DNA of 64,000 bases from Bacilli bacterium (GCA_024408505.1 JAKSUZ010000002.1:65337-129336); one strand, 5' to 3'; positions 17,457 through 27,756 are shown, counted from the first letter of the stretch. Program-made: numbers and translations. Notes: generated by a model from the sequence alone, not told the origin.

Positions 17457-19001
17457 ATGAAGCAAAAATTATTCTTAACAATCGACATCGGTACGCAAAG
17501 TGTCCGAGTCTCTTTTATTAGTCCAAAAGGAGAAATAGTCGCCTTAAGGAAAGAAAGGTATCGTATACCTTACTTTTCTATGGAGCCTGGTTTTGCTGAA
17601 ATTGATCCAAATGTTTATATGACATATATCGGTAAAGCTTATCGTGAATTAATTAAAGAGCACAATCTAATTAATGATGTGATTGGCGTAGCAATTACTT
17701 ATTTCCGTGACTCAGTTGTAGTTGCTAAAGATGATATGGTTCCACTTCGCCCCGCAATTCTTTGGTTAGATGAAAGACGCGCGAAAGGAGAAGAAAAACT
17801 TCCTTTATTTAATAGAGCATTATTTAAACTACTCGGTGTGGGTGAACTTATTCGTTTAAATCGAATGAGGACTCCAGCGCATTGGATCAAAGAAAATGAA
17901 CCTAAGATTTGGAGTCAAGTTACCAGGTACATGAACCTCTCGACTTATATTAACTATAAATTCACTGGTGAATATAAAGATAGCGACGCTAACTCAATTG
18001 GTCATTTACCAGTTGATTATAAACATCGTCGTTGGTGTAAAAATAATCATAACCTTACTGGTATGATTTATGGCGTGGATGTTAATACCCTTTGCGAAAT
18101 GGTACCACCAGACGTCCCAATCGGTCGAATTACTAAAGAAGCTAGCAAAATAACCGGCATTAAAGAAGGCTTACCATTTTATGCCGTTGGTAGTGATAAA
18201 GGATGCGAGACCTTTGGTCTAGGCGCATTTAAGAATAATGTTGGTGCCGTATCATTTGGCACAAGCGCAACCATACAAACCACTAATAAAAGATATGTTA
18301 CTCCTAGACCATTATTCCCAGCCTATCCTAGTGTAGTGTCTGGTTATTTCAATACTGAAACTATGATTAATAAAGGTTATTGGATGTTAACTTGGTTCGT
18401 CCAGCAATTTTGTGAAAAACAAAAAGAAATTGCTGAGAGACAAGGCATCCCTACTGAACAAATGCTTAATCAATTTATCGCAAAAGTACCAATTGGCAGT
18501 AATGGTTTATTAATCCAACCTTATTGGGGACCAACTTTAACTAAACCATTAGCAAGAGGCAATATGATCGGTTTTACCGAAAGTCATTCTAAATATCACG
18601 TCTATCGTGCCATTATTGAAGGCATTGATTACGAATTAAAAGATGGATTAGAGTCAATTGAGAAAAGACAAAGGAAAAAAGTAACTTCGTTAATGATTTC
18701 GGGCGGCGGATCTCAAAGTGATGAAATATGTCAAATCGCCGCAGACATCTTTAACGTACCAGTTAGCAAGATTCAAACTTACGAAACCACTTCTTTAGGT
18801 GCAGCCATGGCAGGCTTCTTAGCCATGAAAGTATTTAAGACTCCTGAAGAAGCGATTGAAAAAATGGTTAAAATTACTAAAACCTTTAAACCAATTCCGG
18901 AGAACGTTGAATTATATAAATTCTATTACAAACAATACCGCAAATTTTATCCAGCCTTAAAGAAGCCGATTGAAGAGATTACCCTTCATGATGAAAAATA
19001 G
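17457..19001 (+). CDS. FGGY-family carbohydrate kinase (xylulokinase/ribulokinase-like)
   Basis: N-terminal LTIDIGTQSVR. FGTSA and ISGGGSQSD phosphate-binding motifs of the FGGY/actin-like ATPase fold. Confidence 0.8.
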   Translation: MKQKLFLTIDIGTQSVRVSFISPKGEIVALRKERYRIPYFSMEPGFAEIDPNVYMTYIGKAYRELIKEHNLINDVIGVAITYFRDSVVVAKDDMVPLRPAILWLDERRAKGEEKLPLFNRALFKLLGVGELIRLNRMRTPAHWIKENEPKIWSQVTRYMNLSTYINYKFTGEYKDSDANSIGHLPVDYKHRRWCKNNHNLTGMIYGVDVNTLCEMVPPDVPIGRITKEASKITGIKEGLPFYAVGSDKGCETFGLGAFKNNVGAVSFGTSATIQTTNKRYVTPRPLFPAYPSVVSGYFNTETMINKGYWMLTWFVQQFCEKQKEIAERQGIPTEQMLNQFIAKVPIGSNGLLIQPYWGPTLTKPLARGNMIGFTESHSKYHVYRAIIEGIDYELKDGLESIEKRQRKKVTSLMISGGGSQSDEICQIAADIFNVPVSKIQTYETTSLGAAMAGFLAMKVFKTPEEAIEKMVKITKTFKPIPENVELYKFYYKQYRKFYPALKKPIEEITLHDEK

Positions 19002-19021
19002 GCATTTAAAATATTACTTTA

Positions 19022-20764
19022 ATGAATTATAAATACGCGTTTTTGCCGATTGGCAGTATATCTTATAAAGGAATTATTCCTTCTTTGATGACTTTTGTTA
19101 ATAAAGAGCAATTATTAAACGAAAAGCTATGGAGTAAATTTGTAAAGGTATTTAAATATCATGAAGATAATGATGATTTAGCATGGCGATGCGAATATTG
19201 GGGCAAGATGATGCGAGGCGCATGTTTATGCTATCAATATCAAAATAACCAACAACTATATAAGGTGTTAGAGAAAACTGTAAAAGATATATTAAACACT
19301 CAAGGCAGTTTAGGGCGTATTTCTTCTTACACTGTTAAAAACGAATTTCAGGGTTGGGATATGTGGGGGAGGAAATATGTTATTACTGGTCTTTTACATT
19401 TTCTAGAAATCACTAAGGATCAAAAACTTAAAACTAAAATTATTAAAGCTTTAAAGAAACATACCGATTACATCATTAAACATATTGGTAAAAATAAAAT
19501 TAACATTACTAAAACTTCTAATATTTGGTTAGGAGTAAATTCAGCTTCAATTTTAGAGCCTATTGTTTCTTTATATAAACTTACGCATGAAAAAAGATAT
19601 TTAGAATTCGCTAAATATATTGTTTCAACCGGTGGAGTTAATAAAGGTAATTTAATTAAAGACGCTAATAACGATAAGTTATTACCATATCAATATGTAG
19701 AAAATAAAGCTTATGAAACGATGTCATTTTTTGAAGGCGTTCTTGAGTTAGCGATTGTTACCAAGAATCATAGGCTCCTTAAAACCGCTATTAATTTCTT
19801 TGATAAGGTTACTAGATCAGAAATATCTATTATTGGTAACGCTGGTAGTGAAGGCGAAAAGTTCTCACATGCCGCAATCAACCAAACTAAAAAACCTCGT
19901 GAATTTATGCAAGAGACTTGCGTAGTTACTACTTATATGCGTGTTATGGCTAAATTAAATTTATTAACCGGCGAAGAAAAATATTACGAGCGATTCTCAA
20001 CCGCGGCGCTTAATTGCTTTTTAGGTTCAATTAATACTAATCATAATCCCGCTAAAGATTACTTTAAAAAGAAAACATTAAATCATTATCTACCTTTTGA
20101 TAGTTACTCTCCGTTAGTAAATGATTACCGTGGATTATCAACGGGCGGACTTCAATATTTTAAAGATGGCTCTTTCTATGGTTGCTGTGCTTCGATTGGA
20201 TCAGCGAGCATTGGTTTAATGGCGCTTACTTATATTATTCAAAATAAGCACGAAATCATTTTTAATGATTATTATGATAACGCTGCAATTAGCACTAAAG
20301 ACTTTAAAGCAAATATTGAATCTAATTATATCCAAAACGGAAAAGTAAAAATTAAAGTTAAAAAGAATAGCAAACAATTATTATTTAGAATTCCATCTTG
20401 GAGCAAACATCCAAGCGCAATTATAGATAAGAAATTAATTAAGGTTAAACCAGGGACTTATCTATCAGTTAATAAATCAGTTCACAATATTACTTTTGAC
20501 TTCAAACCATCTATTCAAACACACCACCTTAACCATATGAGCGCGTTTAATTATGGACAATTTACTTTAGGAATCGATGAAGAAAGTAACCCCAAATTAA
20601 AATTAGAACAATTAACAGCTAATAAATTAATCTTAAATAAGATTAAGCCTACTAAATCATCGCTTTTATCTTTTACTAGCAATAATGAATTAATATTTAA
20701 AGACTACTCTTCTTTAGGCAAAAACTATAACAAACGTCTTACAGTGTGGATTAAAGATAATTAA
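19022..20764 (+). CDS. glycoside hydrolase family 127-like (DUF1680, beta-L-arabinofuranosidase-like)
   Basis: E-T-C (FMQETCVV) and the adjacent Cys pair GCCASIG match the Glu/Cys zinc site and catalytic Cys arrangement I recall for GH127. Confidence 0.6.
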   Translation: MNYKYAFLPIGSISYKGIIPSLMTFVNKEQLLNEKLWSKFVKVFKYHEDNDDLAWRCEYWGKMMRGACLCYQYQNNQQLYKVLEKTVKDILNTQGSLGRISSYTVKNEFQGWDMWGRKYVITGLLHFLEITKDQKLKTKIIKALKKHTDYIIKHIGKNKINITKTSNIWLGVNSASILEPIVSLYKLTHEKRYLEFAKYIVSTGGVNKGNLIKDANNDKLLPYQYVENKAYETMSFFEGVLELAIVTKNHRLLKTAINFFDKVTRSEISIIGNAGSEGEKFSHAAINQTKKPREFMQETCVVTTYMRVMAKLNLLTGEEKYYERFSTAALNCFLGSINTNHNPAKDYFKKKTLNHYLPFDSYSPLVNDYRGLSTGGLQYFKDGSFYGCCASIGSASIGLMALTYIIQNKHEIIFNDYYDNAAISTKDFKANIESNYIQNGKVKIKVKKNSKQLLFRIPSWSKHPSAIIDKKLIKVKPGTYLSVNKSVHNITFDFKPSIQTHHLNHMSAFNYGQFTLGIDEESNPKLKLEQLTANKLILNKIKPTKSSLLSFTSNNELIFKDYSSLGKNYNKRLTVWIKDN

Positions 20765-20765
20765 T

Positions 20766-21626
20766 TTACATTTCTACATCTTCGTAATAATATGAGTAAT
20801 CGATGCCTTTAATTATTAATTTACGATTAACAAAATCTTTAGTTAATGCTTGATTAACAAGATTAAATATCGGTTTTGCATTAGTCGGACTGACTTTCAT
20901 CGCCTTAAAGTAATTCTCCTTGCTGATTTTTGACCAATCTACACATTGTTTTAAATTCTTAATTAATATTTGATCTAGCCAAATACGTGTTGCACGACCA
21001 TTTCCTTCCATAAACGGATGGGCAATGTTCATTTCAACGTATTTATCAATTATCTTTTTAAGATTATCTTCAGGCATTTTATCAATCTTTTTTAATGTGT
21101 CTTTAAGATATAAAACGTTTGCAAAAACAAAACCATCTTTAGAAATGTTCTTTCTTCTAATCTTACCAGCAAAATCATAAAGACCGGCAAATATAAAAGC
21201 ATGGATTTGCTGTAATCCTTCAGTTGTGCCAACCTCTATGTCCTTAATTAAATTAGAAGTGACTAACTCAATCGCTTTCTTTTTACTTTCTTGATCTAAC
21301 GGATCATTACCGCCGCTTAACCATTCTTGAAGGTTTTTTCTTTGTGAATGCGGTAATATTTCTATTAATATTTTTACACCATCACTAGTCAAACAATCAG
21401 TGTCATAAGCTTTTCCATCCGCTGCTTTTAATTTCAGTTGCCTACAATTTGTAGACAACTCATGGTTTCTTGATTTTAAAGCATACCAATATTTGCGTGG
21501 ATTATCAGTAGATATTGCTGCTTTGATTAAATCAACTGCGCATAAAAACCATTCCGAAGTTGCTTGATTCCAACGAGCTCTAACCGGCTTAGAATTGTAA
21601 TATCTAATCGAAGTTTTTTCTTTCAT
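20766..21626 (-). CDS. Bro-N-like DNA-binding domain fused to a Fic (AMPylase-type) domain
   Basis: Canonical Fic motif HPFMEGNGRATR. N-terminal PVRARWNQATSEWFLCAVDLIKA... resembles Bro-N/antirepressor-type domains. The extreme C-terminus is SYYYED. Confidence 0.75.
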   Translation of the reverse strand: MKEKTSIRYYNSKPVRARWNQATSEWFLCAVDLIKAAISTDNPRKYWYALKSRNHELSTNCRQLKLKAADGKAYDTDCLTSDGVKILIEILPHSQRKNLQEWLSGGNDPLDQESKKKAIELVTSNLIKDIEVGTTEGLQQIHAFIFAGLYDFAGKIRRKNISKDGFVFANVLYLKDTLKKIDKMPEDNLKKIIDKYVEMNIAHPFMEGNGRATRIWLDQILIKNLKQCVDWSKISKENYFKAMKVSPTNAKPIFNLVNQALTKDFVNRKLIIKGIDYSYYYEDVEM

Positions 21627-21685
21627 ATAACTTATAAATATTATAGCAAAAAACTGGCACTTTTTAAAGGTCTATTGTACTAATT

Positions 21686-23416
21686 TTACTTTAATTTACG
21701 TTTATCTTTTTCGTCTAAATCTAGGCCCAATGTTCCGCCTGGATTCATTACATTATTAGGATCAAAGTGCTTCTTTAATACTTTATATATTTCGTATTCG
21801 TTTTTACCAACATAGCCTTCAAGCCATGGTCCAAACATTTTACCAATACCATGGTGATGGCTCATTGATGCGCCAGATTTTTGAATCGCATCTAATATTG
21901 ATGCATGATATTTTCTAAACTCTTCTGGATCAGACATCTTGCAGAAGAATATAAAATATAAATTCGCGCCTTGAGGATAAGCGTGGGATAAATGCGTAAT
22001 ACAAATTGCATCTTTATACGCTACACATACTTTTCTTACGCTTTGATGCACTGCTTCCATATTTGACCAATTCACTGTGCATTCAATCGTATCCGTTAAA
22101 ATACCAAAGTCTTGTAAAGAATCTCTTAAATAAGGATCATTAAATCTTCCTTTCTCCCAAGATTTACAAACCCAGCCACCTAATGGGAAGCCTTTATATT
22201 TACGCGCGATGCGACCAATCTTCTTACGAACATTTTTCGCGAAACCTTTTTCGCCTTCTGAGAATCCTAAGAAGAGTGCAGCCTCGCCAATCTTATAACC
22301 CGCAATCGCTAATGCTTTCTCAAATACAGTGTCACTTATTCCATATAATCTCATCATGAATTTAGTTTCATGTTGATCAGATAATCTAAAGACACTTGAA
22401 TAGCCACATTCACATTGCATCATTTCTCTAGTGGCTTCCATAGCGGTTTCCCAGTTTTTAAACATATAACAATATCTTTTTCTATTTTTAGGCATAAAAC
22501 GGAACACACGGAGTGTTACTTCAGTAAGAACACCAAAGGTGCCTTCACTACCCATCATGATTTGATCTAGACTTGGTCCAGTTGCTTCTCTTATATATTT
22601 AGTAGTCTTAACGACTCCTTTTGGAGTTGCGTATTCTTGAGATAACACAATATCTTCAATCTTTCCGTAGTAGGTAGAATTTTGACCTGCACCACGAGTG
22701 ACTACCCAACCACCGACACTTGAAAACTCAAAGCTTTGCGGGAAGTGACCACAGGTATACGCTCTTTTTGCGTTAAATTCAGTTACTGCATTATTTAAGT
22801 GCTTTTCTAAATCTGGTCCAGACATTCCAGTTTGAACCGTAATTGTTTGATCGATTTCATTAAAACTAATAACTTTGTTATAACGAAGTCTCATATCTAA
22901 TGAAATGCCACCTTTAACCGGTTCAACACCACGAGTGACGGATGAACCTCCGCCATAAACATAAAGCGGAATCTTGTTCTTATTACAATATTCTACAATG
23001 GCTTGAATCTGCTCTTTTTCACTTGGATAAATAACTGCATCTGGAACATTATCTAAAATCTTTTTTCTCATTCTTAGAATGTCATACATTGTTTTTCCGT
23101 ATGCAACAGACGCTCTAGAATAATCATCAGTGCGCACAAAGTCTTTACCCACTATTTTCTTAAAGAATTCAAGATGTTTCTTATCCAATTTGCATGGTTT
23201 CTTTAATTTAATTTCATCAATACCAAGATTAGAAGTATATTGCTTAAAATCTTCATCCGTCATCTTAAATGAGTCTTTAATAATTTCATATAAAGATTCT
23301 TTGATGTATTTATGGAAATGCGGATCACCCCATCTAAATACCGCACGATAAGAATTTTTTGGATATTCTTCCTTGTACCATTTTGGCTCAAAGCCTTTGT
23401 AAACATGTTTACTCAT
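21686..23416 (-). CDS. FAD-linked oxidase (PCMH-type), alkyl-DHAP synthase (ADAPS)-like
   Basis: FAD-binding region PDAVIYP...IPLYVYGGGSSVTRG. C-terminal SHHHGIGKMFGPWL block as in ADAPS/GlcD-family enzymes. Starts 1 nt after the DUF1667 gene. Confidence 0.65.
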   Translation of the reverse strand: MSKHVYKGFEPKWYKEEYPKNSYRAVFRWGDPHFHKYIKESLYEIIKDSFKMTDEDFKQYTSNLGIDEIKLKKPCKLDKKHLEFFKKIVGKDFVRTDDYSRASVAYGKTMYDILRMRKKILDNVPDAVIYPSEKEQIQAIVEYCNKNKIPLYVYGGGSSVTRGVEPVKGGISLDMRLRYNKVISFNEIDQTITVQTGMSGPDLEKHLNNAVTEFNAKRAYTCGHFPQSFEFSSVGGWVVTRGAGQNSTYYGKIEDIVLSQEYATPKGVVKTTKYIREATGPSLDQIMMGSEGTFGVLTEVTLRVFRFMPKNRKRYCYMFKNWETAMEATREMMQCECGYSSVFRLSDQHETKFMMRLYGISDTVFEKALAIAGYKIGEAALFLGFSEGEKGFAKNVRKKIGRIARKYKGFPLGGWVCKSWEKGRFNDPYLRDSLQDFGILTDTIECTVNWSNMEAVHQSVRKVCVAYKDAICITHLSHAYPQGANLYFIFFCKMSDPEEFRKYHASILDAIQKSGASMSHHHGIGKMFGPWLEGYVGKNEYEIYKVLKKHFDPNNVMNPGGTLGLDLDEKDKRKLK

Positions 23417-23417
23417 A

Positions 23418-23774
23418 TTATTTCTCCTTTACTGGGATATTCATAGTCGCAATTAAATCAGCATCAGTGCCAGCGATATTTTTAATAATGATATCGCCTA
23501 CTTTTAGATTATCATTAACAGTAACTTTATTAATTTCATTCATTACTTTCATCATTTTACTTTTACTAACTGCTTTACTAGTGCGGCATGGTAAAACTGG
23601 GAAATGTTTAAAACTAGTTTTAACCGTTGAAGTAATACTTCTTTGTGGATTAGTAATTTCTTGTTTAGCGTATTCTAATCCTCTAGGGCATTTGTTGCCA
23701 GACGCTACTAGAGTAGCTTCATCGATTTCAATCGTGCATGAGTTTGGACAAATAATGCAAGATACTGTTTTCAT
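23418..23774 (-). CDS. DUF1667 domain protein (small Cys-rich subunit of the GlpA-like trio)
   Basis: CIICPNSC...GNKCPRG pattern. 118 aa. Conserved position after the two flavoprotein genes. Confidence 0.7.
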   Translation of the reverse strand: MKTVSCIICPNSCTIEIDEATLVASGNKCPRGLEYAKQEITNPQRSITSTVKTSFKHFPVLPCRTSKAVSKSKMMKVMNEINKVTVNDNLKVGDIIIKNIAGTDADLIATMNIPVKEK

Positions 23775-23776
23775 AA

Positions 23777-25036
23777 TTATTTATCCTCCAGACTAACTGT
23801 GATTGGTGTTTTATCTAAATTAAACTTAGTTAAATCAAGATTATATTTTTGACAATCTGCGCATTTTACTTCTTTTAATGCTTTTTCAATAATCAAGGTG
23901 TTACCTTGTTTAATTCTTAAAATCTTATTTCCATAATCATCAATCGAACGGAAATTAAACATCACGCTATTTATATTGCTCTTTAAATTAATCTTATTCG
24001 GAATCACATAACGAATTAAATTACCAGCGTTTACATCAATATAATCGCATTCTTTAATTTCATTAGATGCAGCATTCCCAGCAATCTCACCTGATTTAGA
24101 ACAATAATCCACTAAATCAAATACATGAACAGAATTGCCGCACGCAAAGATATTAGGATGCGAAACACTTCTAAAATCTTGATCCACCATAATTCCATTC
24201 GTAGTAGGACTTAACTTCACATTGAGTGATTCCGCTAATTCGTTTTCCGGAATTAGACCAACAGATAGAATTAAAGCATCACAAGGAATAATTTTTTTAC
24301 TTACTTCAATGTATTTACCATTTTGATCTAAGCTCATGATTTCAATCGCTTCTAATCGATCTTCGCCAATTAAACGAGTTACGGTTGTAGATAAATATAG
24401 AGGAATATTAAAGTCATTTAAACATTGTTCGATATTTCTTCTAAGCCCCGATGGAGTCTTTCTTACTTCGTAAACGCCTAAAACTTTTCCGCCTTCTAGA
24501 GCAATACGTCTAGCCATAATTAATCCGATATCACCACTACCTAAAATCACAAAGTTCTTACCAGGTAGATATCCTAATTTATTAACATAGAATTGTGCTT
24601 TACCAGCAGTCATAACTCCACTTGGATTAGTACCTGGAATTAATATTTGCTTAGCGCTTCTTTCTCGGCATCCAGTCGCAAAGATAATTTTCTTTGCAAA
24701 TATCCTATATCCGCCTTTAGTGTTCACGCATTCAATAACATATTCATCACCAATATTAGTAATCGAGAAGACAAATGTCTTCATAAAATAAGTAATGTTA
24801 ATTTTATCTTTTAAAGCATCAATTTCTTTTTGTGCATATTCAGGCCCCGCCATTAGCTTTTGATATTTAACTAAACCAAAACCATCATGGATACATTGCT
24901 TTAAAATGCCACCTAAATAATCGTCTCGCTCAATTAAAGCGGTTCGATAGGCTAGATTATCACTTGCTTTCTTAATTGCGGCTAGACCGGCTGGTCCACC
25001 ACCAATCACGACAACATCAAAACGCAGAATTTCCAT
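23777..25036 (-). CDS. NAD(P)/FAD-dependent pyridine nucleotide-disulfide-type oxidoreductase
   Basis: Dinucleotide motifs VVVIGGGPAGLAA and VILGSGDIGLIMA. Confidence 0.8.
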   Translation of the reverse strand: MEILRFDVVVIGGGPAGLAAIKKASDNLAYRTALIERDDYLGGILKQCIHDGFGLVKYQKLMAGPEYAQKEIDALKDKINITYFMKTFVFSITNIGDEYVIECVNTKGGYRIFAKKIIFATGCRERSAKQILIPGTNPSGVMTAGKAQFYVNKLGYLPGKNFVILGSGDIGLIMARRIALEGGKVLGVYEVRKTPSGLRRNIEQCLNDFNIPLYLSTTVTRLIGEDRLEAIEIMSLDQNGKYIEVSKKIIPCDALILSVGLIPENELAESLNVKLSPTTNGIMVDQDFRSVSHPNIFACGNSVHVFDLVDYCSKSGEIAGNAASNEIKECDYIDVNAGNLIRYVIPNKINLKSNINSVMFNFRSIDDYGNKILRIKQGNTLIIEKALKEVKCADCQKYNLDLTKFNLDKTPITVSLEDK

Positions 25037-25038
25037 AA

Positions 25039-26733
25039 TTATTTACTCTTCCTATCTAATACTGGCTTATTACCTTTCTTACTCACATTAGAATAATCAA
25101 GCTTCTTTTCTTCCGCTAAGATTTTTAAAACTTGTGGGCCACAGAATCCACCTTGGCAGCGTCCCATACCTGCTCTTGTTCTTCTTTTAATTGCATCAGT
25201 TGAATTAACCGGTAATGGACGATGAATCGCATTAATGATTTCTTGTTTAGATATTTTTTCGCAGCGACAAATGATTTCGCCATAATTAGGGTTTTCTTTA
25301 ATTAGCTTATCTTTTTCTTCAAGCGTTAAAGAAGCAAAATCAATTGGCGCTTCTCGTCTTGGATTAAAGTTACTTTGTAGTCTTGTGTCATTTAATAAAG
25401 TAGCGGTTAATTTAGCAACTTCGCGACCAATTGCAGGTGAACAAGATAATCCTGGTGATTGAATACCTGCTGCGTGGATTATGTTCTTAGTCCACTTACC
25501 TTGTTGAATAATAAAGTCTTCTTCGTAAGTACACGCTCTAGTACCCGAAAAATAAGTAATGATATCTTTTGGACCAATATTCTTAAATAAACCTTTTTGA
25601 CGATTTAAGATTTCCATAATCGATTTCTTTTCAGTCGAGAAATCTTCTTTAAACGGAGTTTCATAAGCATCCGGACCTAATAAGAAATTACCATCAACCG
25701 TTACAATCGTTCCACCGCCTTTAGTCTTCGCTCTAGCATCGCTAAGATGTTTTAAACCTAAAGTATGTTTAGCGTATTTAGTAAATACTTTCTTATCTAA
25801 GATTAAGTCTGTTCCTTTTCTAGGATGAATAGAGAAGAAATGATCATCTGCCATCTTAGCAACATCTTCCGAGAAAGTTCCAGCTGCATTAATGACAAGT
25901 TTTGGATAAATAGTTCCTTTATTAGTAATAACTTCTTTAATTTGGTTATTTTCTACTTTCATTTCTTTTACAAAAGTATCTAAGTAGATTTTTGCTCCGT
26001 TAGTGATTGCGTTCTCGGCAAAAGCGATTGTTACTTCATATGGAGATACTTGAGCGGCATCGTTAAATAAAATTCCACCCTGAATTTTTGGATTATCAAT
26101 ATTCGGTTCTATTTGTTTAAATTGTTCCTGATTATAGTAATTAATGTTATTAACATGATTAGTTTTAGCTTTAAATCTAACAAAGAGATTAAAGATTAAT
26201 TTATGATCTTCAAATGTTAATACTTGACCAGTTTTAACATAACGAAACCCTAATTCTTTCGCTAAAGATGGCCACATATCTCTAGCCATATTTAAATATT
26301 TAAGTTTTAACGTGTTACTATGTAAATCAATACCAGGATGGATATTTCCATCATTGCGACTTGAGGCGTGTAAAGCAACATCGTTTTCTTTCTCGACTAA
26401 GATTGAATGGAAATTATATCTACTTAATTCACGAAGAATCGCACAACCAATAACGCCACCACCAATAACTAAAACATCACAATGTAAACCATCTAATTCT
26501 TTACTATCTACATTCTTGTTATATCTAGTCTCAGGTATTGTTAAGCCTTTAACAGCAATATCATTTACTACATGTTCATAGGCTTTAAGCTTTGCGATTT
26601 TTTCGCCAATTGCTAGCTTTTCTTCATAAGTATTTACTTCACCAGTAAGAAAAATAATATTATCTCTTTCTTTACAAGTTAAAGTGTAAGGAAACGAAGA
26701 TAAAATGGAGTTAACCTTATTTATCTTACTCAT
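25039..26733 (-). CDS. FAD-dependent glycerol-3-phosphate dehydrogenase-like oxidoreductase with a BFD-like [2Fe-2S] domain and an N-terminal BON-like extension
   Basis: DVLVIGGGVIGCAI FAD motif. C-terminal CRCEKIS...RAGMGRCQGGFC. The first roughly 65 aa (IIFLTGEVNTYEEKLAIGEKIAKLKAYEHVVNDIAV) look like a BON domain. Confidence 0.75.
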   Translation of the reverse strand: MSKINKVNSILSSFPYTLTCKERDNIIFLTGEVNTYEEKLAIGEKIAKLKAYEHVVNDIAVKGLTIPETRYNKNVDSKELDGLHCDVLVIGGGVIGCAILRELSRYNFHSILVEKENDVALHASSRNDGNIHPGIDLHSNTLKLKYLNMARDMWPSLAKELGFRYVKTGQVLTFEDHKLIFNLFVRFKAKTNHVNNINYYNQEQFKQIEPNIDNPKIQGGILFNDAAQVSPYEVTIAFAENAITNGAKIYLDTFVKEMKVENNQIKEVITNKGTIYPKLVINAAGTFSEDVAKMADDHFFSIHPRKGTDLILDKKVFTKYAKHTLGLKHLSDARAKTKGGGTIVTVDGNFLLGPDAYETPFKEDFSTEKKSIMEILNRQKGLFKNIGPKDIITYFSGTRACTYEEDFIIQQGKWTKNIIHAAGIQSPGLSCSPAIGREVAKLTATLLNDTRLQSNFNPRREAPIDFASLTLEEKDKLIKENPNYGEIICRCEKISKQEIINAIHRPLPVNSTDAIKRRTRAGMGRCQGGFCGPQVLKILAEEKKLDYSNVSKKGNKPVLDRKSK

Positions 26734-26778
26734 GTGCTTATTATAGCAATTTTATTTATATTTTATAAATAAAAATAT

Positions 26779-27689
26779 CTATTTACGTTGCTTATTTAGT
26801 TTTTTAAAGGATAATTCAAATCCTTGATCCACTAAGATGTAGGTTAAATAAGTAAACAAGGTACCGAAGGCGACATCGGTTAAGAAATGTTTACCCGTGT
26901 GGATACGGTTATATCCATAGAGAATTACATATGCACAAGAAAGTCCAAAGATACATAAACCATAGTCTTGTTAGATTTCTTAACGTTGCTAATAAACAAA
27001 GGATACATGCATGCAATCGTAGCAATAGTCATATTAATACTTGGCCAACTTCTAAGGCCATCAGTACTACCAGCTGTATACGGAGCCCATTCCCACCAAT
27101 TTTTGAAAGTAATACCAGCTTCTTTAGCTTCTTCAGTAATTAGATAACTATAACGTGGTCTAGATGATAGTTGTTTAAACCATGAGTTAAAGCAATCACT
27201 AGCAATTCCCGCTATTAAAATAGTTGCACCAACTGCAATCAAACGTTCGGGATGAGAATCATCGATTATAAAGTAACACACTACTGGTACCCATGCATAA
27301 ATAAGAGTCCAAATTAAGATATTAACAAACCATACACCGGTAAAATCGCCAAGCGCACTACGAAGTTTTGATCCGTTATAATTATCGGAATAATAAACCG
27401 CTAAGAATACGGAAATTATTAATAATGTCCAAGCTAGGAAGGTATAATTACCTCCTTTCTTTTTAAAGGCTTTGAATAAACACATACCTGCAGCAGGATA
27501 TAAACAATAAGAAATGATTGAACCATAAGTAGCGAAGTGATCGCCTATAGTAGTTTTATTATATAAGGCAACATTAATATCAAAGTCAATAAAAGATCCT
27601 ACTAATATAGAAATTAATAAAATGCCTAAAATACTTAGAGCACAAATTATCGGCATACCTAATACATTACGTTTTAAAAATTTATTCAT
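26779..27689 (-). pseudogene. PAP2-family phosphatase gene interrupted by a frameshift
   Basis: The 254-aa ORF (26925-27689) ends before PAP2 motif 3. Motif 3 (YNRIHTGKHFLTDVAFG) continues in another frame down to the stop at 26779-26781. The frame switch must lie within 26928-26970. Motif 2 reads WPSINM instead of PSGH. Confidence 0.65.
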
Positions 27690-27730
27690 AAATCATTCCT
27701 CTCAAATATATAATTATATGCTTTTTTAAT

Positions 27731-27756
27731 AAAAAAATGGTCGGAACAGTGGGTTT
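27731..27756 (-). repeat. displaced copy 1 of the tRNA-Pro 3' end (att-like)
   Basis: 27738-27753 TGGTCGGAACAGTGGG is identical to 34548-34563 (tRNA 3' end) and shares the same A7 run. Confidence 0.9.

Noticed and set aside
20766-21626. Bro-N/Fic gene as a marker of a prophage
   Set aside because: The neighbouring genes are metabolic (GH127, FAD oxidase), and no other phage-like genes or att repeats flank it.
23359-23796. 145-aa plus-strand ORF overlapping the DUF1667 gene
   Set aside because: It is antisense to a gene with a clear Cys-motif family signature and tight operon spacing, and it has no RBS or family features.
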